A stretch of 60,653 bases of DNA, counting the filler, from Sluysia triapertura (Eukaryota): assembly GCA_046118255.1 (NCBI GenBank). It is 5 parts of 5 records of this genome, joined end to end, with 100 filler letters (N's around TTAATTAATTAA, not from the genome) between each part and the next. Parts side by side here need not be neighbours in the genome. Positions count along the whole stretch, not along the records: positions 22,315 to 35,388 come from JBJNIA010061868.1; positions 35,489 to 48,566 come from JBJNIA010061314.1; 3 more parts are not named here. One strand, given 5' to 3'. A model generated the notes under the pieces. That model was not told where the DNA came from, did not search any database, and saw only the letters and a program-made list of their open reading frames with translations. Position numbers and translations under genes: made by a program. Positions 27,400-39,926 of this stretch are shown here, in pieces (within the stretch, counting starts at the first letter, position 1; every line of letters begins with the position of its first letter).

Positions 27400-29381
27400 T
27401 AAACTTCCGTCTGACACGAAAGCTACATGCTAGAAACCTTATTAGTGCTGTATGTTCTGATTGTTGCACGGAGCATAACTACAGGAAATTATTACATGTT
27501 ATATTCCCTGACTTAACCAATTCTTTTGGTTCTATCCCCCACCAACTGATCTGGCATACTCTCTCACTTATGGGTCTGAACCAACACACCTTTAATCTTT
27601 TTAGGGACCTAATATGAGGTAAGTAGCAAATGTTACAAATTCAATAACCTAACTACTAGTCCTGTTCCAATTAAATTTGGTGTTAAACAAGATTTCCCTA
27701 TTTCAACGACTCTCTTCCATATGTTCACCTCCAAGGAAGATTATATCCCAATTAGTGGAAAATCATATCTTCTCTACCTCCCCTATGCAGTTGATGTTGC
27801 ACTTATTGCTACTTCACAGCAGATGCTCAACTACATCGTAGGAAATGCTAAATATGCTAATATAATGAAACAAATTTTTCTGCCTTCATCGATGGTGAAA
27901 ATGCGATCTATCTCGGGGTCCCATTTAAAAAACAAAATCTGAATAACCTTTTTGGGGAGAACCTAACAATGGCACAAAAATTAAAGACTCCAGTTTCAGT
28001 TTCAGAAACAAGTTTCTTATGTTTCGTAACTTTATTCACTTGCCCAATCTAAATATTGTTAGCTTCATAAATTGACTGACCGGGAATCGAACCCGGGACC
28101 ATCGCTACGCAGTTAGATGTTCTACCATTGAGCTATCAGCCCCGTCTAACAGTTTTATTTTATTATTGTCAATATACCACCATGGCAATTTAGACCTTTT
28201 ATCCCAACAATGTTAATACCCAAACCCTTAGTAGTCCTCACGCTTGACAATCCAAAAACCTCCACCAATCTGTTGGATATGAAAAAATAAACCATCTATT
28301 CAAGGGCTTCCTAGGATTGAAAAACTTCCTTTTAAACAATTATTTCTTTTATGCCCACAAAAAATCACTGCGGTTTAAGCCTGATGACTACATATAATTT
28401 GCGCCTTCCACCTATTAAACAGTCGAACAAACCTTATTCGTACCATTGTCTTGCATTAAATTCTTCGCGTCGCCAATGATAGATTAAATAAAGTCGAGAA
28501 TATTTCTGATGCTCTATCTTGGCTGAATGACGGTAAACCCGATAAGCGTTCACGACTTCTGACATGGTGGACCAAAATTCGACAATCTATCCTCAATTTA
28601 CTCCGAAAATACCGAATTTCTGCTAGCTTCTTTTATTGCGAGAACAAAATACAACGAAGTCATATTAAGTCGGTTTCAAAAAGAGAAAGTAGGAAATATA
28701 TGAACTGATTAATATTTCCAATACCATCCAAGGTCGTTTTGTCGAATGCTTCATGAAATGTCCTCTATCTGGTCGCCCGTTTTCTTTACAATTAAACAAC
28801 CAGAGTTGGATTTTTATGATTAAGGCTAGGAATAGTATTCTTAAGCTTAATTTCTCTCCACAAAACATTCGACTGCATCTTCCCATTACGTGTCGTTTGT
28901 GTGGCTTTGAACGGGAGACAATTGCCCACGTATTACATCTTTACCCTCGAATTATCATTGGCCGTACAGTCAGACATAATAGGATTCTCGAATGTTTACA
29001 TAGTAAACTTAAACAAATGCGCTTCTCAGTCAAAATGGATAGGTAAACCACCCTGATATACAAGCGCAAGGTAACAGTTCCTCCCATCTTTTTCTCATTT
29101 ACGTCAAGTTGCCGATTGAGGATTATGAGAAATTTAAGGCGGCCCGAACTTTCAATATTACGAAATATTCCGACCTGAGAAATAAGCTCCAAATACAACT
29201 TAAATGTCAAGTTTCCCTTGACGCGTTTGTCGTTGGAGAACTTGGTTCTTGGGATCCTGAAAATGATATCCTTCTGAAAAAACTAGGCTTCCGTAGGGCC
29301 AATATAACTTGTTTAGCATGCCAATGTATCAAACTTTCCAGTGAATCCTCCTTTAATATCTACAAGGACCATTTCCTCTAA
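27400..29381 (+). mobile_element. Decayed non-LTR retrotransposon with RT and restriction-like endonuclease (NeSL/Utopia/R2-like)
   Basis: RT remnants PIKFGVKQDFPISTTLF (GVKQGxPLSP) and LPYAVDVALIA (YADD). Then WWTKIRQ, QGRFVEC, CRLCGFERETIAHVL, RHNRI, PDI, ITKYSDL and AFVVGELGSW. Multiple frameshifts. Confidence 0.88.
28057..28209 (-). repeat. Leader plus pseudo-tRNA element inserted in the non-LTR remnant
   Basis: Minus strand TGTTGGGATAAAAGGTCTAAATTGCCA...TGTTAGACGGGGCTGATAGCTCAATGGTAGAAC...GGTTCGATTCCCGGTCAGTC, with A and B boxes. Confidence 0.8.
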
Positions 29382-29887
29382 TATCCCAAATAAATATTAT
29401 TGTTGTTATGTGACTTAATCTTGGTACTTTAATGAATTTATTTATCCACTATCTTTGGAGTTTTAATCTTCAATCTTTAATCAATATATTAAATGACAAC
29501 TGATATTTTATTTCACATTTTCATTTTGCATTCAATGGTTTTTTATTTTTATTTATTTATTTTTGCTCTTATTTATTTTCCTATATTCTCATTTCTTTAT
29601 TTCACCCACTTAATTGTACGCCTGTGATTTATCATTGGTGTGACTGTGATTTAATATCTTTCTTTGTTCTTTCTGACTTAGCAATGGTATGCTTGTGGTT
29701 CCATAGTTCAACAACAATTGTTAATATGTTCTTTATCACCAGCAGCACGAATATCCATTTCTTAAATGGACAATTAGTATCAGCATTATTACATTAACTA
29801 CTTTTTATATAAATATGATCCATTTATTTATATTTATTGTACCATATTATTTGATTATGTACGTACTTGTTTTTGTTTTAAATTAAA

Positions 29888-29932
29888 AGCTGTGAAGCAC
29901 GAGGTCCCGGGTTCGATTCCGGATCAGTACCT
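29888..29932 (+). pseudogene. 3' half of a tRNA-like sequence (T-arm/B box), probably a SINE or tRNA relic
   Basis: gaggtcccgggttcgattccggatcag; no D-arm or A box upstream. Confidence 0.55.
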
Positions 29933-30225
29933 AGTTTATTCCTGGTTTACATTTTATACGTACAGTTCCACTAACTACATCTGATTTTATAACCGCAAGT
30001 GGAGCTAATGAGCATGACCGCAACGGCTTTAACAATTACATAGTACGGCCTGTCCGATTTAATTAGGTACAGAACATAAAAAAATTGATTTACGATCATC
30101 TATATTATTTTCTCATTATCGATCTACTTTTTCTATATTATTTTCTCATTATCGATCTACTTTTTCGTAAATTACTTGCCAAATGTTGTCACTATACACA
30201 AAAGTAATTAATTTTACTTTAATTT

Positions 30226-30735
30226 TGTTTCAGTTAAGTTCATTTTCAGTTTTTCACAAATGTTTCATTCTCAAATAGATAATTCCACATTATTTTTTCA
30301 TCATTCTAAATATTAAAATTCAACATTTTAGAAGAATTTAATTAAAATTTGACTTTTCTCATCGAAAGATCTTTTTAGAACAAACAAATACACACAGTTG
30401 ACATAGAGCTTTGACAAATCATTCATGAAAACGTACTTTTTTCTTATTTGAGTAGACCATTTTGATTAATTTTTCTACTTCTTTATTCATGTATCAAATT
30501 TATCTGCAATATTTTTAACAATGCTTTTACTTCTTAAATATTTTGAAGTTTTCAACAAGGCTACACAAAGGTCTCAAAAACTCTTTAAGGTTCATAAGGT
30601 TCCAAATGATCCAAAGGTCCTACAAATGCTTCAAAATGCTTCCAAGCCATTCTCAAGGTCTTTGGAACTCCAAATTATTCTTCAATTCCTAAATGACTAT
30701 AGTTGTCTTCATCTTCATCATTCTCACTCAAACAA
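30226..30735 (-). repeat. Dispersed repeat family A, internally deleted copy
   Basis: ttttctacttctttattc, aaggtctttggaactcc and ttcatcattctaaatat are shared with the 8790-9680 copy. Confidence 0.7.
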
Positions 30736-31177
30736 TTTGTTATGTTTGTTCATCTTTTGCATGAATTCCACATGTTTCTTACTCAAATAGTTGCACAATT
30801 GCAACAATTTGTTAATGTCCTTGAATTATTGAATAAATTATTGTTATTTCTTTATAATTTCATTAAAAATTAAAACCACAATTTATTCTGTCATTATTTA
30901 TGAAATTCTCACTATTAATAATTGATTTCAAAACAAATAAATCATGAAAGTGCTTATAAAATTTTAAGCAATGAAAATACTTGATATTAATTTTTTAATT
31001 CATAGTTATATTTAGTAACACAGTAGTTGTATTATAAAATTATTAATTATATCAGTCATTTTGAAATACCAAGCCGAATGGTTTTATAATGATATTTGTA
31101 CTTTTTAAAATTCCAGTTGTAATTTGATATTGTTCATTTTACTTACATTAATAATTGATTTGTTAATTTATTTTTAG

Positions 31178-31293
31178 CTGTCCAATGTTTCCATTATAAC
31201 AGTTATTATTATCTGTTTACTTGTCATTGTGTGTATCTCGGTTATTGTACTATTGATTGTATTTAAAAATCAGGGAAAAAAATATAATTTGAC
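31178..31293 (+). CDS. Transmembrane-helix exon of a single-pass membrane protein
   Basis: tttttag|CTG...AC|gttagt. Translation LSNVSIITVIIICLLVIVCISVIVLLIVFKNQGKKY: a hydrophobic helix followed by a basic stop-transfer sequence. Confidence 0.7.
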
Positions 31294-31399
31294 GTTAGTT
31301 TATTTAAAATTGTGTTGTATAAAATTTTAATTATTTAATTTAGAATTTAAAATATTATAAAAAAATCAATGAAGTGTTATCAAAATGTTAATTTTATAG

Positions 31400-31745
31400 A
31401 TACAACTATCCACCTTCAGTTGCATTCCGAAACAATTGTGTAACTAGTCAATGCAATACTTCGGCAGTTCGATCACATTCTCAGTTACTTTACTCGCGGG
31501 TTACTCCAAATAATTCAGTCATGTTTCACAAAACATTATCATTACCTTTACCACCAAAGAATGAAACTTTTTTAATGACTAACAAAAATTGCAATAATTA
31601 TTTAACTGATGATGGGCACATATATGAAATTCCAGATGAATGTGCAACATATACTATTCAGGAAACAATAGAAGATACTATTTCAATGAATGAATCGAAA
31701 TCTGAAATAGAAAACGATTATATTTTACCTATTGTGAAGGAGTAA
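31400..31745 (+). CDS. Terminal exon (cytoplasmic tail) of the single-pass membrane protein
   Basis: ttttatag|A TAC, phase-compatible with the previous exon. Open for about 114 codons to TAA; contains LPLPP, HIYEIP and NDYILP. Confidence 0.7.
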
Positions 31746-32599
31746 CAATCTTGTTGATTTTTATGCATTTTACATTGATTATATTGAACTTAAACTGTAT
31801 CATTTATTTATTGAGTGCATTGGATAAATCAATTAAATTACAATTTAGTAAAGAAATTAAGTAACAATGATAATAATGATGATAATACTCTAACAATATT
31901 ATTAATAACAAAATAATAGTAATGCATTTTAATGTGGTTTGATTACTAGGTCTCTTCCGGCCACTTTAAAAATAATAAATTTTATGATTAATATATTTAG
32001 TTATCTGAGAGAACATTCCACTAATAATAACAATAAATATGTATAACTCGGAAGAATTCATGATTGTCAAACAAAGTAATTAGAATAAATGTGTTCTGAG
32101 TTGAAAATTAATTTATATATTAATATTTGATTGAAAACTCAACATTTATTATTTTCGAGTGTGAACACATCCTTTTTATCAAGGCACCAGAGATAGTCTT
32201 GTTTCAGAACTTAATTTGATCATAAAGGCTAAATCATTATTCACTTTTAGATCAAAAAAAGAGTTAAACCGATTATCACGCGTATCGTATATCTTATTTT
32301 AAATATAATGCTACTTATGTCTTAGTCTTACTATTATCCCATTTGATCATGGATAATTTAAACATATTTAATTGTTTGAATTTATTCATAAAAATCTCTA
32401 CTTTGCAATACATGAAATGATGGGATGGTTTAATAAAATCCATTGAAATTCTATCTCAATTTGGTGTATGATTATTTTGGTTTTGAGTTTATGTTAATTT
32501 ATGTAATTTATGATATATTATTTTGTTTATATTCAATGGTTTTAAATTAAAATATGTAAAATTAGGTTATAAATTATCTTATTAACTAAGGTTCAAAGG

Positions 32600-33480
32600 C
32601 CGGCATTTGAATTTGTCGAAAGATTGATTAAAAAAGATCATGATGAAGTAGTTATGTAAATGCGATAATACCAAAATCATTATTTTTATTCTATATAGGC
32701 GAAACAATAAATGAAAAGCGTACTTTTTACTACCTTGCAAAGTGATGAAAAAATAATTGTACGTTGTGTTGTAAGCGAAAATGTGAAACATGTTTGAAGC
32801 AACTATGTAAGTAGGACTTTTGGATTCAAGTATGAAATAATACAATTCGTTGTTGAAATACGTACTGGATGTAATTTTAAACGAAAACCTTGATGTTGGC
32901 AGGGTTTTCTATTGGTATATAAAGAAATAAGCATTATTTAGTGTAACTCTAATGCTTACTTATCGATACAGCTATAGAATTACTTGAAGTATTACCTACC
33001 AATAAGTAATACAAAAGGAGTTCGCCTACGAATAACGGCTAGTCCGTAGGTTTTGAGAAAGATTATCAATATTAAATATATAATGGAAGTTAAGTATGTT
33101 TGTCGATTATTTTGAGCTGAATCTTAAAATTTATTTCAAATCTACATAAATTAATTAAAATTAATAATAAATTTTGATTCTAGGTATGCACTGAGGCGCG
33201 ATTAATAGAATTTAGACTATAGTTCATAATAGCAAGATTGGTATGGTGTAGAATTTTACACATGTTCTATCATTAGTAATTGTTGAGTTATTGTGAAGCA
33301 AAATTTTGAAGTATTTCTTTTTATATTTTCTCATCATCCAATGCAACATTCTTTGAGAATTGATAGTTACTTGCTACAGACTATCCAACTTTTTAGATGA
33401 GGGGATTGTTTACCACATATCTCATTAATTTTAGGTAATTAAAAAGATTTAAAAAATGACTAAATTCAATCATTAAAATT
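32600..33480 (+). mobile_element. Probable Polinton/Maverick protein-primed DNA polymerase B remnant (heavily decayed)
   Basis: Across frames, in the expected order: CKRKCETC, TKGV, VDYF, QDWYG, LLSYCE, HPMQHSLRI and TCYRLSNFLDEG. These resemble the pPolB pattern CxxC..KGxFP..YY..WY..YCxxDV..PF..TIASxC..FL. Confidence 0.45.
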
Positions 33481-34469
33481 AGTCGGTTTATCACCGACTA
33501 AAAAGAATAGATAGTTTCAATTTCCGTCCTGTTCAATTTCCCAAATGATCATAAAACTGCTACATAAGCAGAAAATTAAAAACAAAATAACAAGACAAAA
33601 CCAATAAAGAAACCGAAAACTTTTCATCTTTAGGGACGCTGCTTCAATTCTTCTGCGGAAAACGATGAAATAGAAGCTTATTCTTGAGCAGAAAATTAAA
33701 ATACATTAGGGGGATTTTAAAAAGAAAAATGGGTTAGTAGTATGTTTGTTTTATTTGTTATTTCTTTTTTGTATTCATACGGGCGTCGAAGTTTATTGAT
33801 TTCATTTAAGTTGTGTCATCCCTGGTAGTGATTTTAAAGTTGATAGTAATATTATATATTGAAGGCATTTTATTAAAAGAATTTGATTAGTTTTATTTAT
33901 ATAATAGAACTGTATTAATATGAAAGAATTTTCATTGTATAAATGTGATATTTTATTAAAAACTATATCGATATTCCAAATTTGTTTAATTATTGGGTTA
34001 TAATTTGGTAAAGTTAAAGTAAAAGTAAAAAAGGCACAATAATTTTGTGCTCTTACGTTATTCTGAATTAAGAATAATTTCTTTATTTGTGTACACTTTT
34101 CAACACCGAATATATAAACACTACTTGCTTAATATCCTCTTTAAATTTGTAAAATAATTCATACATACGTCATATTAAATACTTATTTGTTGTATGGTTT
34201 ATTAGTTTAATGTATTTCATTTAATTAGAAAAGTGGTTTCACAAATTTAACTATGAAAACAATGATTTGTAGAATAGACCTTGATATGAATGAAAAATGA
34301 ATACTAAAAAATATTCGCTGAATACAATTCAAAAGTTTTAAGTAGATAAGTAACTAGATATACTGGAAAATAATTGTATTATAGTATATTCTAGACTTCA
34401 TAAATTGGACTCTCGCTGCGCAGTTCGAAGATTAAAAAACATGTATTAATATGTAATAGTTTAGTCTCT

Positions 34470-35330
34470 TCTTTCTTTTTTTAGAGAAGGAAGGTTATCT
34501 ACTTTCTTCTATTCAGGGACCTTGTGGAACATGGTCGCGGTATGCGTTATTCGTACAGCTAGTCGTACACACTGTCGTACCATGGTCTTGATTTAGGTCT
34601 TTTGGAAGCCTGCCATTCTCGGGATCCCATGACACCAAGGCTCCAACGATGAATGTATCCAGAGACACCTTACACTTCAGTCGTTCCTGCAGTTAGGCCT
34701 GCAGATCACCATACTTCGCAATATTGATGGTTCCGGCTATTTCGAAATTTTTCTTTAGGTCCATGGAGGTATTGACATCAATCAAGAAAGCATGTGATGA
34801 GGAAGTACTGCGGGCCTGTATGTCAGGTCGTCGAGTCTCACCGAATCCTTGATGAGCGAGAATCCCATCAGGGTCATTTTATCCACTAGGTAGTTAAGGA
34901 TTTTGTTGTGCCGGTCTGTTTGGTTGTGCTTGTGTGAGGACATAGATAGAGCACGTGTAGAATGGATTCACATCATCGGCATGATACTGGGAGATGGAGA
35001 CGTATGTTTTGTGGACTAAAATTAAGACTAATGATGTTAATCATAAACATCCATGCATTATTTTCCAGTTCAAGTGACATGGATTTGTTGGAGAGTGGGT
35101 ACTGCATGACATACGACACTTGAGAGATGTTGGTATTATAAATGCTGATCATTTCGTCTAGGTATTTGCTGACTTTGTTCTTGTGGTAGTGGCTAATGAA
35201 GATTGGGTTGGAGCCAAATATGTCCGACTTCAGTGATAGTTGTGTTGGGATTAGTGAAGAATAAGGGTTGATAGAAGGGTCAAAACTTAGGATAGCAGTA
35301 TCAGTGGAACTTTATTAAAAAACCAAGTCG
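34470..35330 (-). mobile_element. Second RLE-type non-LTR (NeSL/Utopia-like) 3' fragment
   Basis: Minus strand ESILHVL, RHNKIL, RRPDIQAR..FLIDV, AKYGDLQ and TFIVGALVSWDPEN; A-rich 3' end near 34470-34482. Confidence 0.85.
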
Positions 35331-35388
35331 AGGCATTATGATGAATTGAAATAGCAAGATAACTATAGAGAATATTTTAATCAAAGTA

Positions 35389-35488
35389 NNNNNNNNNNNN
35401 NNNNNNNNNNNNNNNNNNNNNNNNNNNNNNNNTTAATTAATTAANNNNNNNNNNNNNNNNNNNNNNNNNNNNNNNNNNNNNNNNNNNN
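35389..35488. other. Artificial contig spacer
   Basis: 44 N + TTAATTAATTAA + 44 N. Confidence 0.97.
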
Positions 35489-35560
35489 CTAACTGTTTCA
35501 TTAAAAATCTATTTAGCATAATACTTCGAAAACAATTAAACAGTTATTATTAATCAGTTA

Positions 35561-35626
35561 TTAAAAGAATACAAAATTAATTCTTTTGAAATTATTTTCA
35601 AAAGAATTAATTTTGAATTCTTTTAA
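35561..35626. repeat. Near-perfect palindrome (31-bp arms, 4-nt loop)
   Basis: ttaaaagaatacaaaattaattcttttgaaa-ttat-tttcaaaagaattaattttgaattcttttaa, one mismatch. Confidence 0.9.
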
Positions 35627-35859
35627 TTATTTTCAAAATCCAATAATTTAATGGATATATCTTTGTATATTTATGTACATACCTCTCACAATATGAATCA
35701 AAATTCACAAAATGAATGAATTTTAGTTTTCCGATTTCCATCAATTTTTAAGGGAGCATGTTAAGGTTCTTATCCTCAAATGTTTCATTCCATAAGCATT
35801 TTAAATTCAGTTCTAAATACTCTTTTACAGTGATTACCCTATATTCAATTAATTATCAT

Positions 35860-36636
35860 TTTGAGAATTGAGTAATATTTTGAACTTTGAAAGACCTTTG
35901 TAGAGTTTTGAGACCCTTGAGGTAGCTAGAGTTGGGCTTGGAAAAGCTTTTGAAGCATTGAAGTGTCTTGAATTTGCAAACATTGAAACCATTTCAGATT
36001 TATTAAACCATTGAAACTTTATTAATTGTGTAAGATCCTTGAGTAACCTTGTAAATCATTGGAAGTCGTTAAAATATTTTTTAGATAAAAATCATTGTTA
36101 GTAATATTAAAGATAAGTTTAATATCCTAATAATTAATATAAAGAAGTAGAAAAAGAATTCAGAGTAGTGAATGTAAAGGCATCTTGAGTGCATTATAAA
36201 GTAACAAACAAATTTAGAACTTTAATAAGACCTTTAAGCATAAAATAAAATTAAGTCTAGATATAGATTAATTTATTAAAATCTTAATTAAGGAAAAAGT
36301 ATGTTTTGATGAATACATTTTGAGTGTGGAATGCTATGTAAAATTGTAACTGTGTATGCGTTTGTTTTAAAAAGATCTTTCCATGAAGATATATTTGTCT
36401 GAGTTTATGCCATGAAAGCCTTAATATTGAGTAGTCAAATTTTAATTAATTCTCAATTCTGAAATGTTGAATTTTCCATACTTAGAATGATGAAAAGATA
36501 TGTGATTGGTATAGAAGAGGAAAATTTAGAACTGAATTTACAATGTTTATAGAATGATATATTTGAGAATAAGAACCTTAACATTTTCTATTTGAAAACT
36601 AAAAATTATGTGTTCAATTTTTCTTTAATTTAACAA
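35860..36636 (+). repeat. Dispersed repeat family A copy
   Basis: aaagataagtttaat..gaagtagaaaaagaattcagagtagtgaa is shared with other copies; ends ...ttaaca. Confidence 0.75.
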
Positions 36637-36644
36637 TTATGAAT

Positions 36645-37801
36645 TTGTTATTCTTAACGGGTTCGCCAATAACTCAAGGTTTAAATCGTAAAGAAGACTT
36701 GGTTATTGGTTAAAACTTAATTCTGCGAAAGATAACTCCTAGTCTTTAAATGGAGGGTCTTTATGAATTATCAACGAAACTTTTCTCTGTTTTATTTATA
36801 AAATGTTTCCCTTTTTTCTTTTAATAAATAAGTAACAAATGTTAACACGTATTGTGTTCTATGAAGATTTATTTTAAATAGTAAAAAATTTAAATACAAA
36901 TGTAAATCAACAACTAATCACAATAATATAAAAGGTATAAGCAGATAATAAATAATAATAATTAAATCAAATTTAGGATTTCTCCTAATATTTCAATATT
37001 GATATTTTAGAAATAGATTTTGACTCAAATATAATATTTGAGTGTAAGTTTATGTAAGTTTACGTGTATTTTAACACAATTATTCTTGTGAATCACTTAA
37101 AATAAATAGCTTACGAAAATCTCTGAAATTGTGCTCAAATATTTTCCAAAAGTAATCAGGAGTCCTTTCCACGACAATCCAATTAACTAATTTCCAAAAA
37201 TAATCAGGAAGCTTTTCCACAACAATCCAATTAACTAATTTCCAAAAATAATCAGGAATCAGGAATCTCCAATCGTAATAGTATAGTATTCTCCACGAAT
37301 AGATTTTAAACTTGACAAGAAGGTTCTCCACAAATAACTTTTATAAAAACTTTTAAGTAAACTGTTATATGTTGTTTAGATTTTCGCAGGTCTATTTATA
37401 TATATGTTGCTTATGATTAATTTAGTAAAATAGTTAAGTATTTTGATTAAATTAGTAAAATAGTTAAAAGAAAAATTCTTTAATTGAATTTTAATTTTGA
37501 AAGATTTAATTTTATCTTTAAAAAATTTTTATCTATTATTAAGCGATTATAATTTGTATTAAAAAATTTTATCTATTATTAAGCGATTATAATTTGTACT
37601 TTTTAATAATTAATTAAAATTATCTATTTTCTTTTACTTATAATTAATTAAAATTGTTTAATTTCTTTTAAATCTTTTAATATTTACTTTATTCTTTTAA
37701 TATTTACATTATGTCTAATTTCTTTTAACTCTTTTAATATTTACATATGAAAACTAAAATTTAATTGATTCAAAAAACTAAAGTTAAATTCGCTGCCAAC
37801 A
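36645..37801 (-). mobile_element. Probable solo LTR containing short tandem duplications
   Basis: The minus strand starts TGTTGGCAG and has TATATAAATAG near 37400. Internal repeats: 48 bp (37143-37258), 30 bp (37414-37468) and 40 bp (37521-37600). The 3' boundary is uncertain. Confidence 0.45.
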
Positions 37802-38449
37802 TTAATGATTGTTATTTTAATGTGAGAAATATTTTAAGTAAAAGTAGATAGAGTAGATTAAAAGAAAATAATGGTTGATCATTAATAAAATTTTTATGTT
37901 TTGTAAAGCCTGAGAGGCTTTACCATGTAATTTTCAAAATTGTTGTCATTTTAATCTTCAAAGGAGGTTCAGATGATTTGTGTAAGATAATGTTTGATTG
38001 TAAGACTCAATAGTGATTTGATAATAAGAAATGATCGAAAAATTTTACAACACCATTTTAGAAGTACCAGCTGCCCGATGGTTATCTGATCATTAATTGT
38101 TTTTTATTATTTTGTTCATCATAATTCTAGTCTATTAAGGTTTGATTGTTGTGAAGTTCCCTGCCTAAATTATTTTTAGAATAAAATTTAATTTAATTTT
38201 TGAGGAAATATCCTGATATTTATTATTAAGATTTAAACTGATTTTTTAAAGGAAAATATAAGTTTTTTGAGAAAACTTTGCCCAATTTATTTAATGATTC
38301 ATATTTAAATTGATTTTTTGGAGTCTTTAACTTTATTATTTTCTAATTCTTTATCTTTTAAATTGCGCAATAAATTATTAATCAATTTTAGCTGACAGAT
38401 AACTGATAGAAAAGTTCACTAGCCAGTTTTCATTTTACTTTTTTGTGAA

Positions 38450-39420
38450 CTTCATTGCGGGTAAAAGAATTCCCGATATTTGATTTTCAGTGCTATTAAT
38501 ATCTTTGAGTTATTTTATTTTGTAGTCCATTATTAGTTAATAAATAAATTTTTGTTATTTAGTCGTTATTATTTTATTTTGGATCAACAAAGATATAGGG
38601 ACACATATACTTATTTCTAAGTGATTAAGATTTTCACATTTATTGAATGTAATAAAAGTCCCACAATAAGATTCTCGTCTTTTCAAAATAAAAGGTATTA
38701 AGTATTATTAATTTAATATTATAAGATTAGTTTATAGATAGGTAATTATTATAATTATAACATATTAATCTTCCTATTATCAATATCATTTGCAAAATTT
38801 ATTATTTCTTTAAATTTATCTGATAAGTGGTACTCAATTTTCCAATGTCAATTTGAGGTAAGTTTCTACAATCAATCTTATAGGTTCAATCACTTTTATA
38901 TCAGTAATAATCATACTATTAAGGTAGTTTATTATTAAATCTATTATATTTCCAAATTTAGGAGTTTTAAATTTTACGTGGTTCAATAGACTACATATAT
39001 TTAGTAACTTCACAAATTTTCATTTTTTCTTTTTTTAATATTAAAACAATATCTAAATAAGCATAAATTTCATCTAAAAATTCTTTAATTGAAATATTTG
39101 GTGGCCTATGTATAAATACTAATAATAAAGATTTACTTATAACAGTAATGTTTAATTCCAAATAGTAAAACGAATGATTTTTAACTGAAATTTTGTCAAC
39201 TAATTTAGCCCCTATTTTATTATTTATTGTAATACCATGTTATCCTTTTCGATATTTAAGAATGAATATCAATTTAAAGGAATTTATGAATTAAATAATT
39301 TATCAGTCACAATACATATTTCAGTTAAACAGTTAAACAAAAGTTTCAATACTATTTTCACACACAGTATCAATAATTTCCATAATTTTATTTTTGATTC
39401 CCAAATTTAATGTAACCATT
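38450..39420 (-). mobile_element. Decayed LINE apurinic-endonuclease region (CR1/L2-like)
   Basis: Minus strand CLTEI (LTETWL-like) followed by LLLVFIHRPPNISIKEFLDEI (YRPP motif). Confidence 0.45.
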
Positions 39421-39926
39421 TTTAAGATTTTACCAAATTAGAGCTTTTTTATTTAGAGTCAGAATTTTTTTACTTTTCAAAATTTCCAATTATTTTGGAC
39501 ATTTATGTGAAGTAGCAGCACAATTACAAGCATTAAAACTTTGACATAATTTAAGTTTATGTAAAATAAGTTTTTCTGTGATTTATGAAATGTATAAACA
39601 TTAGTTGATTGTATTTATATCTGTAATTATGAGCTTTGTGATCAAAATATTAGTAGTGATGACATTGTATAATATGATAATGATTATTTACATCTCTCGA
39701 AATAGACATAAATGTAGAAGAATTTTAAGATTTGTAAATTGCAAATATTTGCCAGTTTTATGAATAAAAATAACCTTATGTGTCATGAATTAACTAGATG
39801 CAAGTATAGACATTTATTTCATTATGTAAAAATTGTTACCAAAACGTTAACTTTTGTACAAAATATCAATTGCACTAAATATTTTATAATTTTAAAATTT
39901 TGTTTTTTTGATTTATTATATTCCAG

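Noticed and set aside
29967-30066. Candidate exon PLTTSDFITASGANEHDRNGFNNYI upstream of the membrane-protein gene
   Set aside because: Could not be joined in phase to the downstream exons.
37080-37331. Repeat-protein ORF (PDYFWKLVNWIVVE) or CRISPR-like array
   Set aside because: About 2.4 copies of a 48-bp tandem unit with no unique spacers, inside a probable LTR in eukaryotic DNA.
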